Source: an uncultured Pseudomonadales bacterium
GTDB lineage: Bacteria; Patescibacteriota; Microgenomatia; UBA1400; MFAQ01
Assembly: GCA_964541175.1 (NCBI GenBank)
Contig: CAZIPD010000002.1
Location: forward strand, 1-39,573
Length of the DNA: 39,573 nt
Direction: 5' to 3'
The position numbers and the translations under genes were made by a program. The notes under the pieces are model-generated. The model was not told the origin of the DNA, searched no databases, and was given only the letters and a program-made list of their open reading frames with translations. Position 1 is the first letter of the stretch; every line of letters starts with the position of its first letter. This document shows positions 1 through 8,780 of the stretch, in pieces.

Positions 1-59
1 TACAATATCCCTTCTCGAATCCTTCATCAAAAAAAGATATACTAAAATTACACTTTCAT

Positions 60-941
60 ATGGCCATCCAGCAGCACCCCCTACCACAGGACATCAGTAG
101 CTACCGCTTCCGCTTGATCGGTGACATGACCATCAAGCAATTTGGTATGCTTGCCGCAGGCATCATTCTGGCCATTCTCTTCTATTCCTCACCTCTACCC
201 TTCTTCTTCAAGTACCCCATTTCTTTCATTTTCCTCGTGCTTGGAATAGGCTCCGCCTTCGTTCCTGTCCAAGGCCGTCCTCTGGATCAATGGATCCTAG
301 CCTTCATCAAATCTATCTATGCTCCCACCCAATACACCTGGCGCCAGACCCCGCCGGAAGAAGCGGCTCAAACCGCACTCACTCAATCACCTCTTACTTC
401 TGCCCCCAAAGCCCCCTCCGTCAGCCCCTCTTCCACCGTCCCTGCCGCTGCTCCACTCCCGGTAGCCGTTCCTGAACCCATCACTCCCGCACCCGAAACC
501 CCACCTGAGCCTGAAATAGTCATCATTCCCGAACCTACACCACAGGAGGAACCGGAAACTCCCGCCGATCTACCCGACCTCGGTATTCCCACTCCCGCTC
601 CTGTCTCCCAGCCGGAGAATCCTTCTCAAGCTCCGGCTCCAACAACCAATCTTCCGATTCCGTTTACCCCCACCACTCCCAATACCCTGGTCGGTCTTAC
701 TCTTACCCCGGACGGAAAGATCTTGGAGAATGTCTTAGTAGAAATACTCTCCAATGGTCTGACCATAAGAGCCACCAAAAGTAACCGTCTCGGCCAATTC
801 ATGTTCGCCCGTCCTCTCGAAAAGGGCCTCTACCAGATCGCCGCCGAGAAAACCGGTTTTAACTTCTCCACTTACTCCATCGAATTAACAAACAAAATTG
901 TCTCTCCGCTCAAGATCCAAGCGGAATCGGGCACAGCATAA
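60..941 (+). CDS. PrgI/VirB3-like T4SS membrane protein fused to a Pro-rich linker and a C-terminal carboxypeptidase-regulatory-like beta domain
   Basis: ATG ORF of 293 aa. The N-terminal ~95 aa carry two TM helices and the PrgI-family pattern (PQDISSYRFRLIGDMTIKQF...GRPLDQWILAFIKSIY). It lies directly upstream of a VirB4-type ATPase. A ~110-aa Pro/Glu/Thr linker follows. The last ~75 aa (LVGLTLTPDGKILENVLVEI...GLYQIAAEKTGFNF) resemble a CarboxypepD_reg/Ig-like fold. Confidence 0.6.
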   Translation: MAIQQHPLPQDISSYRFRLIGDMTIKQFGMLAAGIILAILFYSSPLPFFFKYPISFIFLVLGIGSAFVPVQGRPLDQWILAFIKSIYAPTQYTWRQTPPEEAAQTALTQSPLTSAPKAPSVSPSSTVPAAAPLPVAVPEPITPAPETPPEPEIVIIPEPTPQEEPETPADLPDLGIPTPAPVSQPENPSQAPAPTTNLPIPFTPTTPNTLVGLTLTPDGKILENVLVEILSNGLTIRATKSNRLGQFMFARPLEKGLYQIAAEKTGFNFSTYSIELTNKIVSPLKIQAESGTA

Positions 942-944
942 CCA

Positions 945-1613
945 ATGGCCGACAACATCAGAGCTTCCACCCAGGAACATCTCGACATCTATACCATCAA
1001 GAACCATCTAGTCTTTCTCAAAGACGGTACGGTAGCTCTTGTCCTCAGGACCACTGCGATAAACTTCAATCTTCTCTCCGAAGAAGAACAAGACGCCACC
1101 ATCTATGCCTATGCCGGACTCCTTAACTCTCTTTCTTTCTCAGTTCAAATTCTCATCCGCTCTCAAAGAAAGAATATTTCCGATTACCTTGATCTTCTCG
1201 ACAACAGAATTCAGATCACCCCTTCACAAAAGATAAAGGAGCAACTCCTCGCCTACCGCCAGTTCGTCAAATCCCTGGTCAAAGAGAACCGTGTTCTTGA
1301 GAAAAAATTCTTCATCATTATTCCCTTCACCTCCCTCGAACTTGGAATTACCTCCGCTACTTTTAACCCCATCGCCAAAGCTCCCCAGAAACCTCCCTAC
1401 GATCTTGATTACATCGAAGAAAAAGCTGCCATGGCTCTGTATCCCAGAAGGGATCACTTAATAAGACAATTTGCCCGTATCGGTCTAAGGTCGCAACAAC
1501 TCACTACACCCGAACTGGTCAATCTCTTCTATTCCATCTATAACCCCTCCTCTGCCGCCACCGCTACTGCCGCCCAAACCAAGGCTATTGGCGGCATCTC
1601 TAACGATAAATAA
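945..1613 (+). CDS. hypothetical T4SS-associated protein, VirB4 N-terminal-domain-like, without a P-loop
   Basis: ATG ORF of 222 aa, 3 nt after the previous stop. It has no TM segment and no Walker motifs. Residues ~8-90 align by eye with residues ~50-130 of the adjacent VirB4. Confidence 0.55.
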   Translation: MADNIRASTQEHLDIYTIKNHLVFLKDGTVALVLRTTAINFNLLSEEEQDATIYAYAGLLNSLSFSVQILIRSQRKNISDYLDLLDNRIQITPSQKIKEQLLAYRQFVKSLVKENRVLEKKFFIIIPFTSLELGITSATFNPIAKAPQKPPYDLDYIEEKAAMALYPRRDHLIRQFARIGLRSQQLTTPELVNLFYSIYNPSSAATATAAQTKAIGGISNDK

Positions 1614-1638
1614 AGCCTCAATCCGTTATACTTAAACT

Positions 1639-3492
1639 ATGGCTTTTAATCTCTTTGGTCGCGCCCCTAAAGCCCCCGCCAATACACCCGTCGCTGCCAC
1701 TGCGGGTACTCCTGTCATGCCGACTCCTGCTCCAACCCCACCACCTCCCCCTCCCCCAAAAACAAAAACTACTCAAGGAAGCACCTCTGTCCAAGACATC
1801 ATCGCTCCCTCGGCCATAGAAATAGATTTTTCCAGTTTAAAAATAGATGACGTCTACCTCCGCACTCTCTTTGTCACCGGATATCCCCGCTATGTCTCGG
1901 CCAACTGGCTCTCTCCTTTGATTAACTTCAATCACTCTCTTGATATCGCTATGTATGTTTATCCCAGCGATTCCAAAGATACTCTTGATCAACTAAGACG
2001 CCGTATCGCCGAGATGGAAGCGGAGATCAATACCGATATTGAACGCGGGCGCATTCCCCAAGCCAGTACGGAAGCCGGTCTTGAAGACGCCAAATCCCTC
2101 CAGGAGCAACTGGTCAAAGGGGCTGAACGTTTCTTCCAGTTCTCTCTCTACATCACCGTTTCTGCCGACTCCATTAAAGAACTCAATACCATCACCTCAC
2201 AGATCCAGTCGATGCTTGCCTCTCTTCTCATCATCGGTAAGACCGCTTCTCTCTCCATGGAGGACGCCTTCAAAACCACCCTTCCCTACTGTAAAGATCG
2301 TTTGATGATCACCAGGAACATGGATACCACTGCTCTTTCCACTACTTTCCCCTTCACCTCCTCTGAACTCTCTGATAACCAAGGGATCCTTTACGGTATC
2401 AACTCTCATAATGACTCTCTCGTCATCTTTGATCGTTTCTCTCTGGAGAACGCCAATATGCTCGTTCTGGCCACCTCCGGTGCCGGTAAATCATACTGTG
2501 TCAAACTCGAGATTCTTCGTTCTCTGATGTTTGATACACAGATCATAGTTCTCGATCCCGAGAATGAATACGAAATGATCGCCAAAGCCGTTGGTGGCAA
2601 CTATCTCTCCTTCGCTTCCACCTCTGCCCATAAAATTAATCCTTTCCAAATTGCCAAGCCCCTTGAAAGTACCGAGGACGAGATGGGATATAAATATCTC
2701 TTCCTCATGTCCCTTCTAAAGATCATGATCGGGGAAATGTCACCCATGGAAGACGCCACTATGAACCGGGCCCTCGTTCTTACGTATCGGCAAAAAGGTA
2801 TCACCGAGGATCCTTCAACTCATGTCATTGAAGCCCCTCGCATGGAAGATCTCTACCGGGCCCTCATCGGCATGGAAGAACCCGTCAGTAAGATCCTCGC
2901 TGCCAGGCTGGAACGCTACGTCATGGGCTCGATCAAAGGCATCTTTGACCAGCAATCGAACATCGACATCAACGCTCCTGTTACCATCTTTTCCATGCGC
3001 GACCTTGCCGATGAGATCCGTCCCATCGTCATGTTCATGATCCTCGACTTCGTTTGGACTCAAGTAAGAAAAGATCTTCGGAAGCGCATGCTCATCGTCG
3101 ATGAGGCCTGGTATCTCATGCGCTATGAAGACTCTGCCAAGATTCTTCAAGGATTTGTTAAACGTGCACGCAAATACTTCCTCGGGGTCACCGTCATCTC
3201 CCAGAACGTCGATGATTTCCTTGGTTCACCCTATGGTAAAGCCATCATCACCAACTCCGCTCTCAAACTCCTACTCAAACAATCCTCTGCCGCCATCAAC
3301 CAAATATCAGAGGTCTTCTTCCTTTCGCAAGGAGAACGTCAACTCCTTCTCTCCGCCAATATAGGAGAAGGGATCTTCTTTGCCGGTCAAAATCATGTCG
3401 CTATGAAGATCATTTCCTCTCCCGATGAACACGCTCTCGCCACCAGTAAACCATCGGAAATTCTAGATCGTCAAAAAGCTGCCCCTGTCTAA
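1639..3492 (+). CDS. virB4: VirB4/PrgJ/TrsE-family type IV secretion ATPase
   Basis: 617 aa. Walker A is ATSGAGKS (2470-2493) and Walker B is MLIVDEAWYL. The C-terminal motif ARKYFLGVTVISQNVDDF is typical of VirB4/TraE. The N-terminus is Pro-rich. Confidence 0.85.
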   Translation: MAFNLFGRAPKAPANTPVAATAGTPVMPTPAPTPPPPPPPKTKTTQGSTSVQDIIAPSAIEIDFSSLKIDDVYLRTLFVTGYPRYVSANWLSPLINFNHSLDIAMYVYPSDSKDTLDQLRRRIAEMEAEINTDIERGRIPQASTEAGLEDAKSLQEQLVKGAERFFQFSLYITVSADSIKELNTITSQIQSMLASLLIIGKTASLSMEDAFKTTLPYCKDRLMITRNMDTTALSTTFPFTSSELSDNQGILYGINSHNDSLVIFDRFSLENANMLVLATSGAGKSYCVKLEILRSLMFDTQIIVLDPENEYEMIAKAVGGNYLSFASTSAHKINPFQIAKPLESTEDEMGYKYLFLMSLLKIMIGEMSPMEDATMNRALVLTYRQKGITEDPSTHVIEAPRMEDLYRALIGMEEPVSKILAARLERYVMGSIKGIFDQQSNIDINAPVTIFSMRDLADEIRPIVMFMILDFVWTQVRKDLRKRMLIVDEAWYLMRYEDSAKILQGFVKRARKYFLGVTVISQNVDDFLGSPYGKAIITNSALKLLLKQSSAAINQISEVFFLSQGERQLLLSANIGEGIFFAGQNHVAMKIISSPDEHALATSKPSEILDRQKAAPV

Positions 3493-3495
3493 AAC

Positions 3496-6400
3496 ATGGC
3501 CGAAAAATCCTCAATCGTCTACATTCTTCGACAAGCAATTGGGATCATCTCGGAACGTCCCATTCTTGATGATCTCTCCGACAAACGGAGACAACATGTT
3601 GCTGCCATCATTTCTCAGTTCGCCAACATTCCTTACATTAACTCGATTGCTGAAGAACTTCAGCTAAAAGGTATCGAGGCCATAATCAATCATTTTCCCC
3701 TCTCTTCTGCCCAAGACTGTCTCGATCTTTACGAGAGAGATGAACCCAAAAGCGAAACCAAGACCGCCCCTGAAGAAACACCTAATATTCCCCCTGAACT
3801 GGAAGCTCTGGTAGCTGAATACGAAGAACATCTGTCCGAAAAGAATGTCAATGACGGCAAGGTAAGCTCTGTCGCCGAGTCGGTCAAACGTGCCCGTGAG
3901 GCCATGATCATTCGCGAAAGACTCTCCGCCATTCGCAAAAATAGAGCGGCCCTTTCCTATAATCCTGAAGATTTTAATCAAGCAGAGGACAAACGTTATG
4001 AAGATCTAATAGTAAAAATAGTTAATCCCAAAGCCGGCTCTCATGAGGCTGTCATGGCTCCTCTTAACGAAGTTATTTCTCAAGCCGTCGACTCATATAT
4101 CAACACTTACCCGGATATTACCGAAGACCAGAAAAAACATCTCAAAGAGTTAGCCCCATCCGTTATCGACTCCACCCGCTACCTCGCCCTAACCGAAGCC
4201 ATAGACATCGAAAATCATCATGACCTTGTCACCGCCATCTCACTTTCCATCTTCAAAGCCGACGATCAATACACCACTTCCATCTCCGATATCTATGTCG
4301 AACTTGACAACAACGCCGCCAAACACGATCGTCTAAATCAGGATATAGCCAGAGAACAACTCAAGCTGTCAAGTCTAAAAACTGAAAGGTTCCAGGCTAA
4401 GGATAAGCCCGAGATGGTGGATCACTATGTAAGTCTGATATCCACCACGGAAGCCACCATTGCTCAAAAAATAAACCAAAGGGATACCATAGATATTGAC
4501 CTTACTCCTTTCACCTCCAAAGTCGAAGACTATCTCTCCTCCACCACCCAGACCGTAATCTCTGGAGTAAAAAAGCCCGATGGTTCTCAAAATTTGGACT
4601 TCGATACCCAATCTGCAGCAGCCAGAAAAGTTCTTGATGAAATTCACTCAAAGCTTTCCGCCGACAAAAATATTCAGCGTAGGATTCCTCCTCCCGAAGA
4701 CCCTCTTCGCCAAGCAGTCGATTTGGAAAAAAATATTCGTGCCGAATTACCTCAGCTGGGTCTGAATCCTCATGCCACCAACGAAGCTCAACAAGCGTCT
4801 ATCCTCATTTCTGACCCTAAAACTCAATCAAAAGACCTCTCCGGACAAACTATCCTTCTCTACAGTAAAGGCCTGACCACCGCCGAGTTTGACAAAGTCA
4901 TCTCCCATGCTTGGTCTCATCAAAATGACCCCAACTCCTCACTCGGCAAACTCTACAAAGCTCACCCTGAGCTTTTCGGTACCATCAGACAACAACTGGA
5001 AACCATCGAAAAAACCGACACTCCCGAGGCTCACATAGAAAGGGTGAGGACCTTCGCCAATGACCCTGACAATGCTCAATCCGCCCTCTCTCTCCTCTCC
5101 AAGAACAAAGCCGCCTATGAAGAATATTTGAACCTCTCAAAAAAACTTTCTTCGAAAGAGATTGTTAGTTGGGTAAAGGACAAAGCAAATCAACACACCT
5201 CACTCGCAAAATTTTACCAAGCCAACTCCCGCTTGTTCGGTAAGATCAACACGGAATTTGAAAAGGTCAAAAACTCGGCACTGGCAAGAGAAATCGGCAA
5301 ACCGATCGGAAGATTGACTCGTTCTCTCAACTCCATCAACAACAGAATAACTTCAAGACTTAATAAGATCTCAGGTTTCTTTTCCAGGAACCATTCGACA
5401 ATTAATACCATCCTCGACCCGTTTGGATCACTCAAAAGCTATTTTGGTCGCCAAGCCGGCCAATTCATTACCGGGCGTCTCGTCCCCAATCTGGCCTCAA
5501 GCTCCATCGGCAAACTCCTCACCAAAGAAGGTCTAAAAAACACCATCAAGGTCTTAGCCAAGAAAGCCGGCGCCAGGGCAGCTGCACTTGCTGCCAAGAT
5601 CGCTGTTAAAGCCGGTATTAGAGTCTCTGCTCAAGCTCTTGCCGTCGTCTCCGGTGTTGCCACTTTTGGCGTCGGTATCATCATCTACATCGGCGCAGAG
5701 ATCTTTATGCAAGGTATTAAGATTCTCAAGAAAGGTCTCGATTGGCTCTCTCAAGCCTTCTATGGTGAAGAGTTTAACTTCAAGACCGCTGCTCGGGACG
5801 CCGCCACAGGAGCAGCAGCTCTCTTTGGAGTAGGAGCAACTGCGTTTGTCGGTTTCGTAGCTGTTGCCGGAGCCATAGCTTCCTCCGCAGTAGCTTCTGC
5901 ACTTGGAATAATAATTGTTTCCTCTTTCATCGGATATTTCTTTTACATCACCTCAATCCTTGCCGGCCCTATCGTCTCCACTCTTGCCCAACTGGAAGCC
6001 GCCCCCAAAAGTGCCGTCTCCGGTTTTTGTTCTGGATCGACCATGAACAACGACAATCTCACCTGTAATGAGTACAACGGGATTACCTATTGCTTCCCGG
6101 TAAATGATATCTCCACCGTCTCCTATGTCACCGCTCATCATGACTATCCTGCCAATGACATCATGAGGGTCGGTGATAAACCGGGTCAGCCTGATGATAT
6201 TCCCCTTCCCCTCATTGCCTATGTCGACGGCACCGTCATCTGGACCTCGGAAACTGAAGGCCTGGGTGGTTACGCCTTCATCATCGCCGGTATCGACGGC
6301 ATGTTCTACTACTATGCTCACAATATGTGTAATTTTGTATCGATGGGTCAACTGGTAAAGGCAGGGGACATCCTTGGTGGGATGGACTCCTCGGGTAATG

Positions 6401-6564
6401 CCCAAAGTACCCCTGAACACGTTCATTTTCAGATCAGCGATCAGTCTGATATGACAACCGTTCCCGAAAATTACCCCCATTTTTACGCTCCTTGGGTGGA
6501 TTTTTGTGAGAAACTTAATCTGTGCGGACCTCTCAATATTGAAGTTTACCCGGAATTCCAATAA
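3496..6564 (+). CDS. large membrane protein with a C-terminal M23 (LytM-type) peptidoglycan endopeptidase domain; putative T4SS cell-wall hydrolase
   Basis: 1022 aa. The N-terminal ~680 aa are helical and charged. A block of several TM helices follows (AAALAAKIAVKAG...IIIVSSFIGYFFYITSILAGPIV). The C-terminal M23-like domain has HVH at 6418-6426 (EHVHFQI), YAHNM, and a variant first motif HHDYPANDI (6136-6159). Confidence 0.75.
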   Translation: MAEKSSIVYILRQAIGIISERPILDDLSDKRRQHVAAIISQFANIPYINSIAEELQLKGIEAIINHFPLSSAQDCLDLYERDEPKSETKTAPEETPNIPPELEALVAEYEEHLSEKNVNDGKVSSVAESVKRAREAMIIRERLSAIRKNRAALSYNPEDFNQAEDKRYEDLIVKIVNPKAGSHEAVMAPLNEVISQAVDSYINTYPDITEDQKKHLKELAPSVIDSTRYLALTEAIDIENHHDLVTAISLSIFKADDQYTTSISDIYVELDNNAAKHDRLNQDIAREQLKLSSLKTERFQAKDKPEMVDHYVSLISTTEATIAQKINQRDTIDIDLTPFTSKVEDYLSSTTQTVISGVKKPDGSQNLDFDTQSAAARKVLDEIHSKLSADKNIQRRIPPPEDPLRQAVDLEKNIRAELPQLGLNPHATNEAQQASILISDPKTQSKDLSGQTILLYSKGLTTAEFDKVISHAWSHQNDPNSSLGKLYKAHPELFGTIRQQLETIEKTDTPEAHIERVRTFANDPDNAQSALSLLSKNKAAYEEYLNLSKKLSSKEIVSWVKDKANQHTSLAKFYQANSRLFGKINTEFEKVKNSALAREIGKPIGRLTRSLNSINNRITSRLNKISGFFSRNHSTINTILDPFGSLKSYFGRQAGQFITGRLVPNLASSSIGKLLTKEGLKNTIKVLAKKAGARAAALAAKIAVKAGIRVSAQALAVVSGVATFGVGIIIYIGAEIFMQGIKILKKGLDWLSQAFYGEEFNFKTAARDAATGAAALFGVGATAFVGFVAVAGAIASSAVASALGIIIVSSFIGYFFYITSILAGPIVSTLAQLEAAPKSAVSGFCSGSTMNNDNLTCNEYNGITYCFPVNDISTVSYVTAHHDYPANDIMRVGDKPGQPDDIPLPLIAYVDGTVIWTSETEGLGGYAFIIAGIDGMFYYYAHNMCNFVSMGQLVKAGDILGGMDSSGNAQSTPEHVHFQISDQSDMTTVPENYPHFYAPWVDFCEKLNLCGPLNIEVYPEFQ

Positions 6565-6569
6565 ACAAT

Positions 6570-7658
6570 ATGGATAAAGTAAATCAAATCATCGCCAAGA
6601 TCCAAAAACACCGTCTCCTCCTGGGGGTGATAGCCGTCATCATTATCGGTTACCTTATCTCCCTCATCCCTCGACCGGGTACTCGCCCCTTCACCCCGAC
6701 CCAACCGATTCTTCCCCAAATCACTCCCACCCCTTTTAGTGCCCAAACCTACACCCAAACATTTTCCACCGAAAGATACATAAAGATCACTGATAATCAA
6801 CAGATAGTGGCCGTCAATCAAGAAAAACAACTTGTTCAATATCTTGGCGACACTCCCTTCCCCATCACTCCCGACGGACTCACTGTTGTCGACTATCAAA
6901 CCAGAGGTGGTAGCCTGGTCTACGAAGCCGGCACCTACGCCGATCCCGACAATGCCTTCTATCTTCTAAGTCTCACTAATAAATTCCAAGTTAAGCTCAA
7001 CACCACTCCCTACAAACCCATCATTAACTACAGTATTAATTCCACCGAGAGTAGCCTCGCCTTCTTGGGAAAATATGACGCCACAAAGAGTATCTCCACT
7101 CTTTATCTCTATGACCTGTCGACGAATATTACCACCCCCCTTGAAGAGAACATCACCGCCAATTCGGTTTCTTGGCTAAATGATAACTACCTTTTGATCA
7201 GTAATAAAATAGACGTCAATATCGGACCTAACAACTTCATCAATATCTTTTCCTTATCCACCAAAGAATTCATCGTCAAAAATATTCCGGCCTTGGACAG
7301 ATCGGTCACCTTCAGTGACACAAACGGACTTCTTTATTTTGTAAATTCCAAGAACAATATCCTCACCTCGCTCAATCTATCATCCGCGACCTTCACGGAC
7401 GTTCTTAAGCTAACCACACTACCCACAGATATGTTCTTCAACCGGTCCAACAACTCTCTGGTACTCCTGATTGCCGACGATAGCGGACTTCTTGTCAGGG
7501 TCGTCGATCCCAACCAAAAGAAGGTGATCAAAGATGTCTCTCTTCAGTTGGATAAGGATGAGATATATATCGAACACTTTCAATCGGGAAGTTCTCACTT
7601 CATCAAGACCTACAATCGAAATTTTAAACATTACGTCGTCAAATATCTTCCCCTCTAA
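6570..7658 (+). CDS. N-terminally TM-anchored beta-propeller-like (TolB-like repeat) protein
   Basis: 362 aa. One N-terminal TM helix (LLLGVIAVIIIGYLISLI) is followed by repeated beta-strand blade-like segments (SLVYEAG..., SLAFLGKYD...LYLYDL, SVSWLNDNYLLIS, LLYFVNSKNN, SLVLLIADDSG). It is the last gene of the T4SS-like operon. Confidence 0.45.
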   Translation: MDKVNQIIAKIQKHRLLLGVIAVIIIGYLISLIPRPGTRPFTPTQPILPQITPTPFSAQTYTQTFSTERYIKITDNQQIVAVNQEKQLVQYLGDTPFPITPDGLTVVDYQTRGGSLVYEAGTYADPDNAFYLLSLTNKFQVKLNTTPYKPIINYSINSTESSLAFLGKYDATKSISTLYLYDLSTNITTPLEENITANSVSWLNDNYLLISNKIDVNIGPNNFINIFSLSTKEFIVKNIPALDRSVTFSDTNGLLYFVNSKNNILTSLNLSSATFTDVLKLTTLPTDMFFNRSNNSLVLLIADDSGLLVRVVDPNQKKVIKDVSLQLDKDEIYIEHFQSGSSHFIKTYNRNFKHYVVKYLPL

Positions 7659-7670
7659 TCCTCCTGTAGA

Positions 7671-8780
7671 TTACTGCTGCATCCTGACCGGCATGATCAC
7701 CTGCATCCAGTTTTCGTCCTTTGCTCTGAACACGCTCGGCTTTAATTCTCCTTCTGTCTCCCAAACCACATTTTGCTCATCAAATATATTCAAGTAATCC
7801 AATAAATACTGCGCGTTAAACGCCACAGTGATTTTCTCTCCTTCCACCTCTGCCTCGATCTCCGACTCATTAGTGCCCACCTGACTACTCTCGGCGACGA
7901 CCTTTAATGTTCCGTCTTCCACTGATAGCCTGACAATATTGGCATTCTCCCTGGCAAATAGTTTGGCTCTTTTAACGGCCTCGGCGAATTCATCTTTCCC
8001 AAAACTTGATCTGGTATTGTACGTATTTGGCATTATCTGCTGATACGGAGGAAATTCCCCTGCGATCAATCTGGAAGCTACTTCTACCCCATCCAAAGCG
8101 AATATCACCTGTTGATTTTCCTTATCGAACTCCACTGCCAAAGAATCTACTCCCATTTCGCCCGCTACCCTGGAGACCTCCATCAAAGACCTTGCCGGCA
8201 ATATCACCTTTCCCAAAAGCTTTTCCTCTATCTTAGGGATTTTCATCTTGTCCACGCTCAGTCTATACCCGTCCGTAGCCGCCAAGACCACCTCTTCCGA
8301 CTTGAATTCCCACAACATCCCCGTCAATACCGGCCTGGTATCGTCCTTGGCTGCCGAAACGCTAACCTTATCGACTTTCTCTCTAAACTCTCCCGCATTT
8401 ATCTTCAGCTGTGACGACTTCATCCTGGGTATCACCGGATAATCATCGGCCTCTTGCCCCATGATCTCCGCCTTGATCTGCTTGCTCTTCAATATCAATT
8501 TATTTTTATCAGTTTCAATATCGACCGCTCCCGGTGGTAGACTGGCCACCAGATCCGAGAATAGTCTTGCGGGGACAACGATCTCTCCCTCCTCGATCAC
8601 CTTTGCTCCCATCTTTGACCAGAAACTTATTTCCAGATCCGTAGTCACCATTTCCATCCCCTCACCGGTTGCCCTGAGCAACACTCCGGACAGGACGGGT
8701 AACTGAGGTCTGCTGCTTATCCCCCTACTCACCACACCCAGTGTCTTTTTTAAATTTTCTGATAAGGCTGTCACTTTCAT
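7671..8780 (-). CDS. dnaN: DNA polymerase III beta sliding clamp
   Basis: 369 aa with the typical DnaN N-terminus (MKVTALSENLKKTLGVVSRGISSRPQLPVLSGVLL) and three-domain length. It lies immediately downstream of dnaA. Confidence 0.95.
   Translation of the reverse strand: MKVTALSENLKKTLGVVSRGISSRPQLPVLSGVLLRATGEGMEMVTTDLEISFWSKMGAKVIEEGEIVVPARLFSDLVASLPPGAVDIETDKNKLILKSKQIKAEIMGQEADDYPVIPRMKSSQLKINAGEFREKVDKVSVSAAKDDTRPVLTGMLWEFKSEEVVLAATDGYRLSVDKMKIPKIEEKLLGKVILPARSLMEVSRVAGEMGVDSLAVEFDKENQQVIFALDGVEVASRLIAGEFPPYQQIMPNTYNTRSSFGKDEFAEAVKRAKLFARENANIVRLSVEDGTLKVVAESSQVGTNESEIEAEVEGEKITVAFNAQYLLDYLNIFDEQNVVWETEGELKPSVFRAKDENWMQVIMPVRMQQ

Noticed and set aside
290-592. Small ORFs on both strands within the Pro-rich linker of the PrgI-like gene; likewise 29365-29824 within the Pro/Gln linker of the ATPase
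   Set aside because: CCN/GGN-rich low-complexity DNA is open in several frames. All of these ORFs are nested inside longer, better-supported CDSs.
5953-6561. 202-aa ORF antisense to the M23 domain of the 1022-aa gene
   Set aside because: It lies entirely inside and opposite a well-supported CDS with recognisable M23 motifs. Its composition is low-complexity (Gly/Asp/Ile/Thr-rich) and it has no motifs. It is a typical shadow ORF.
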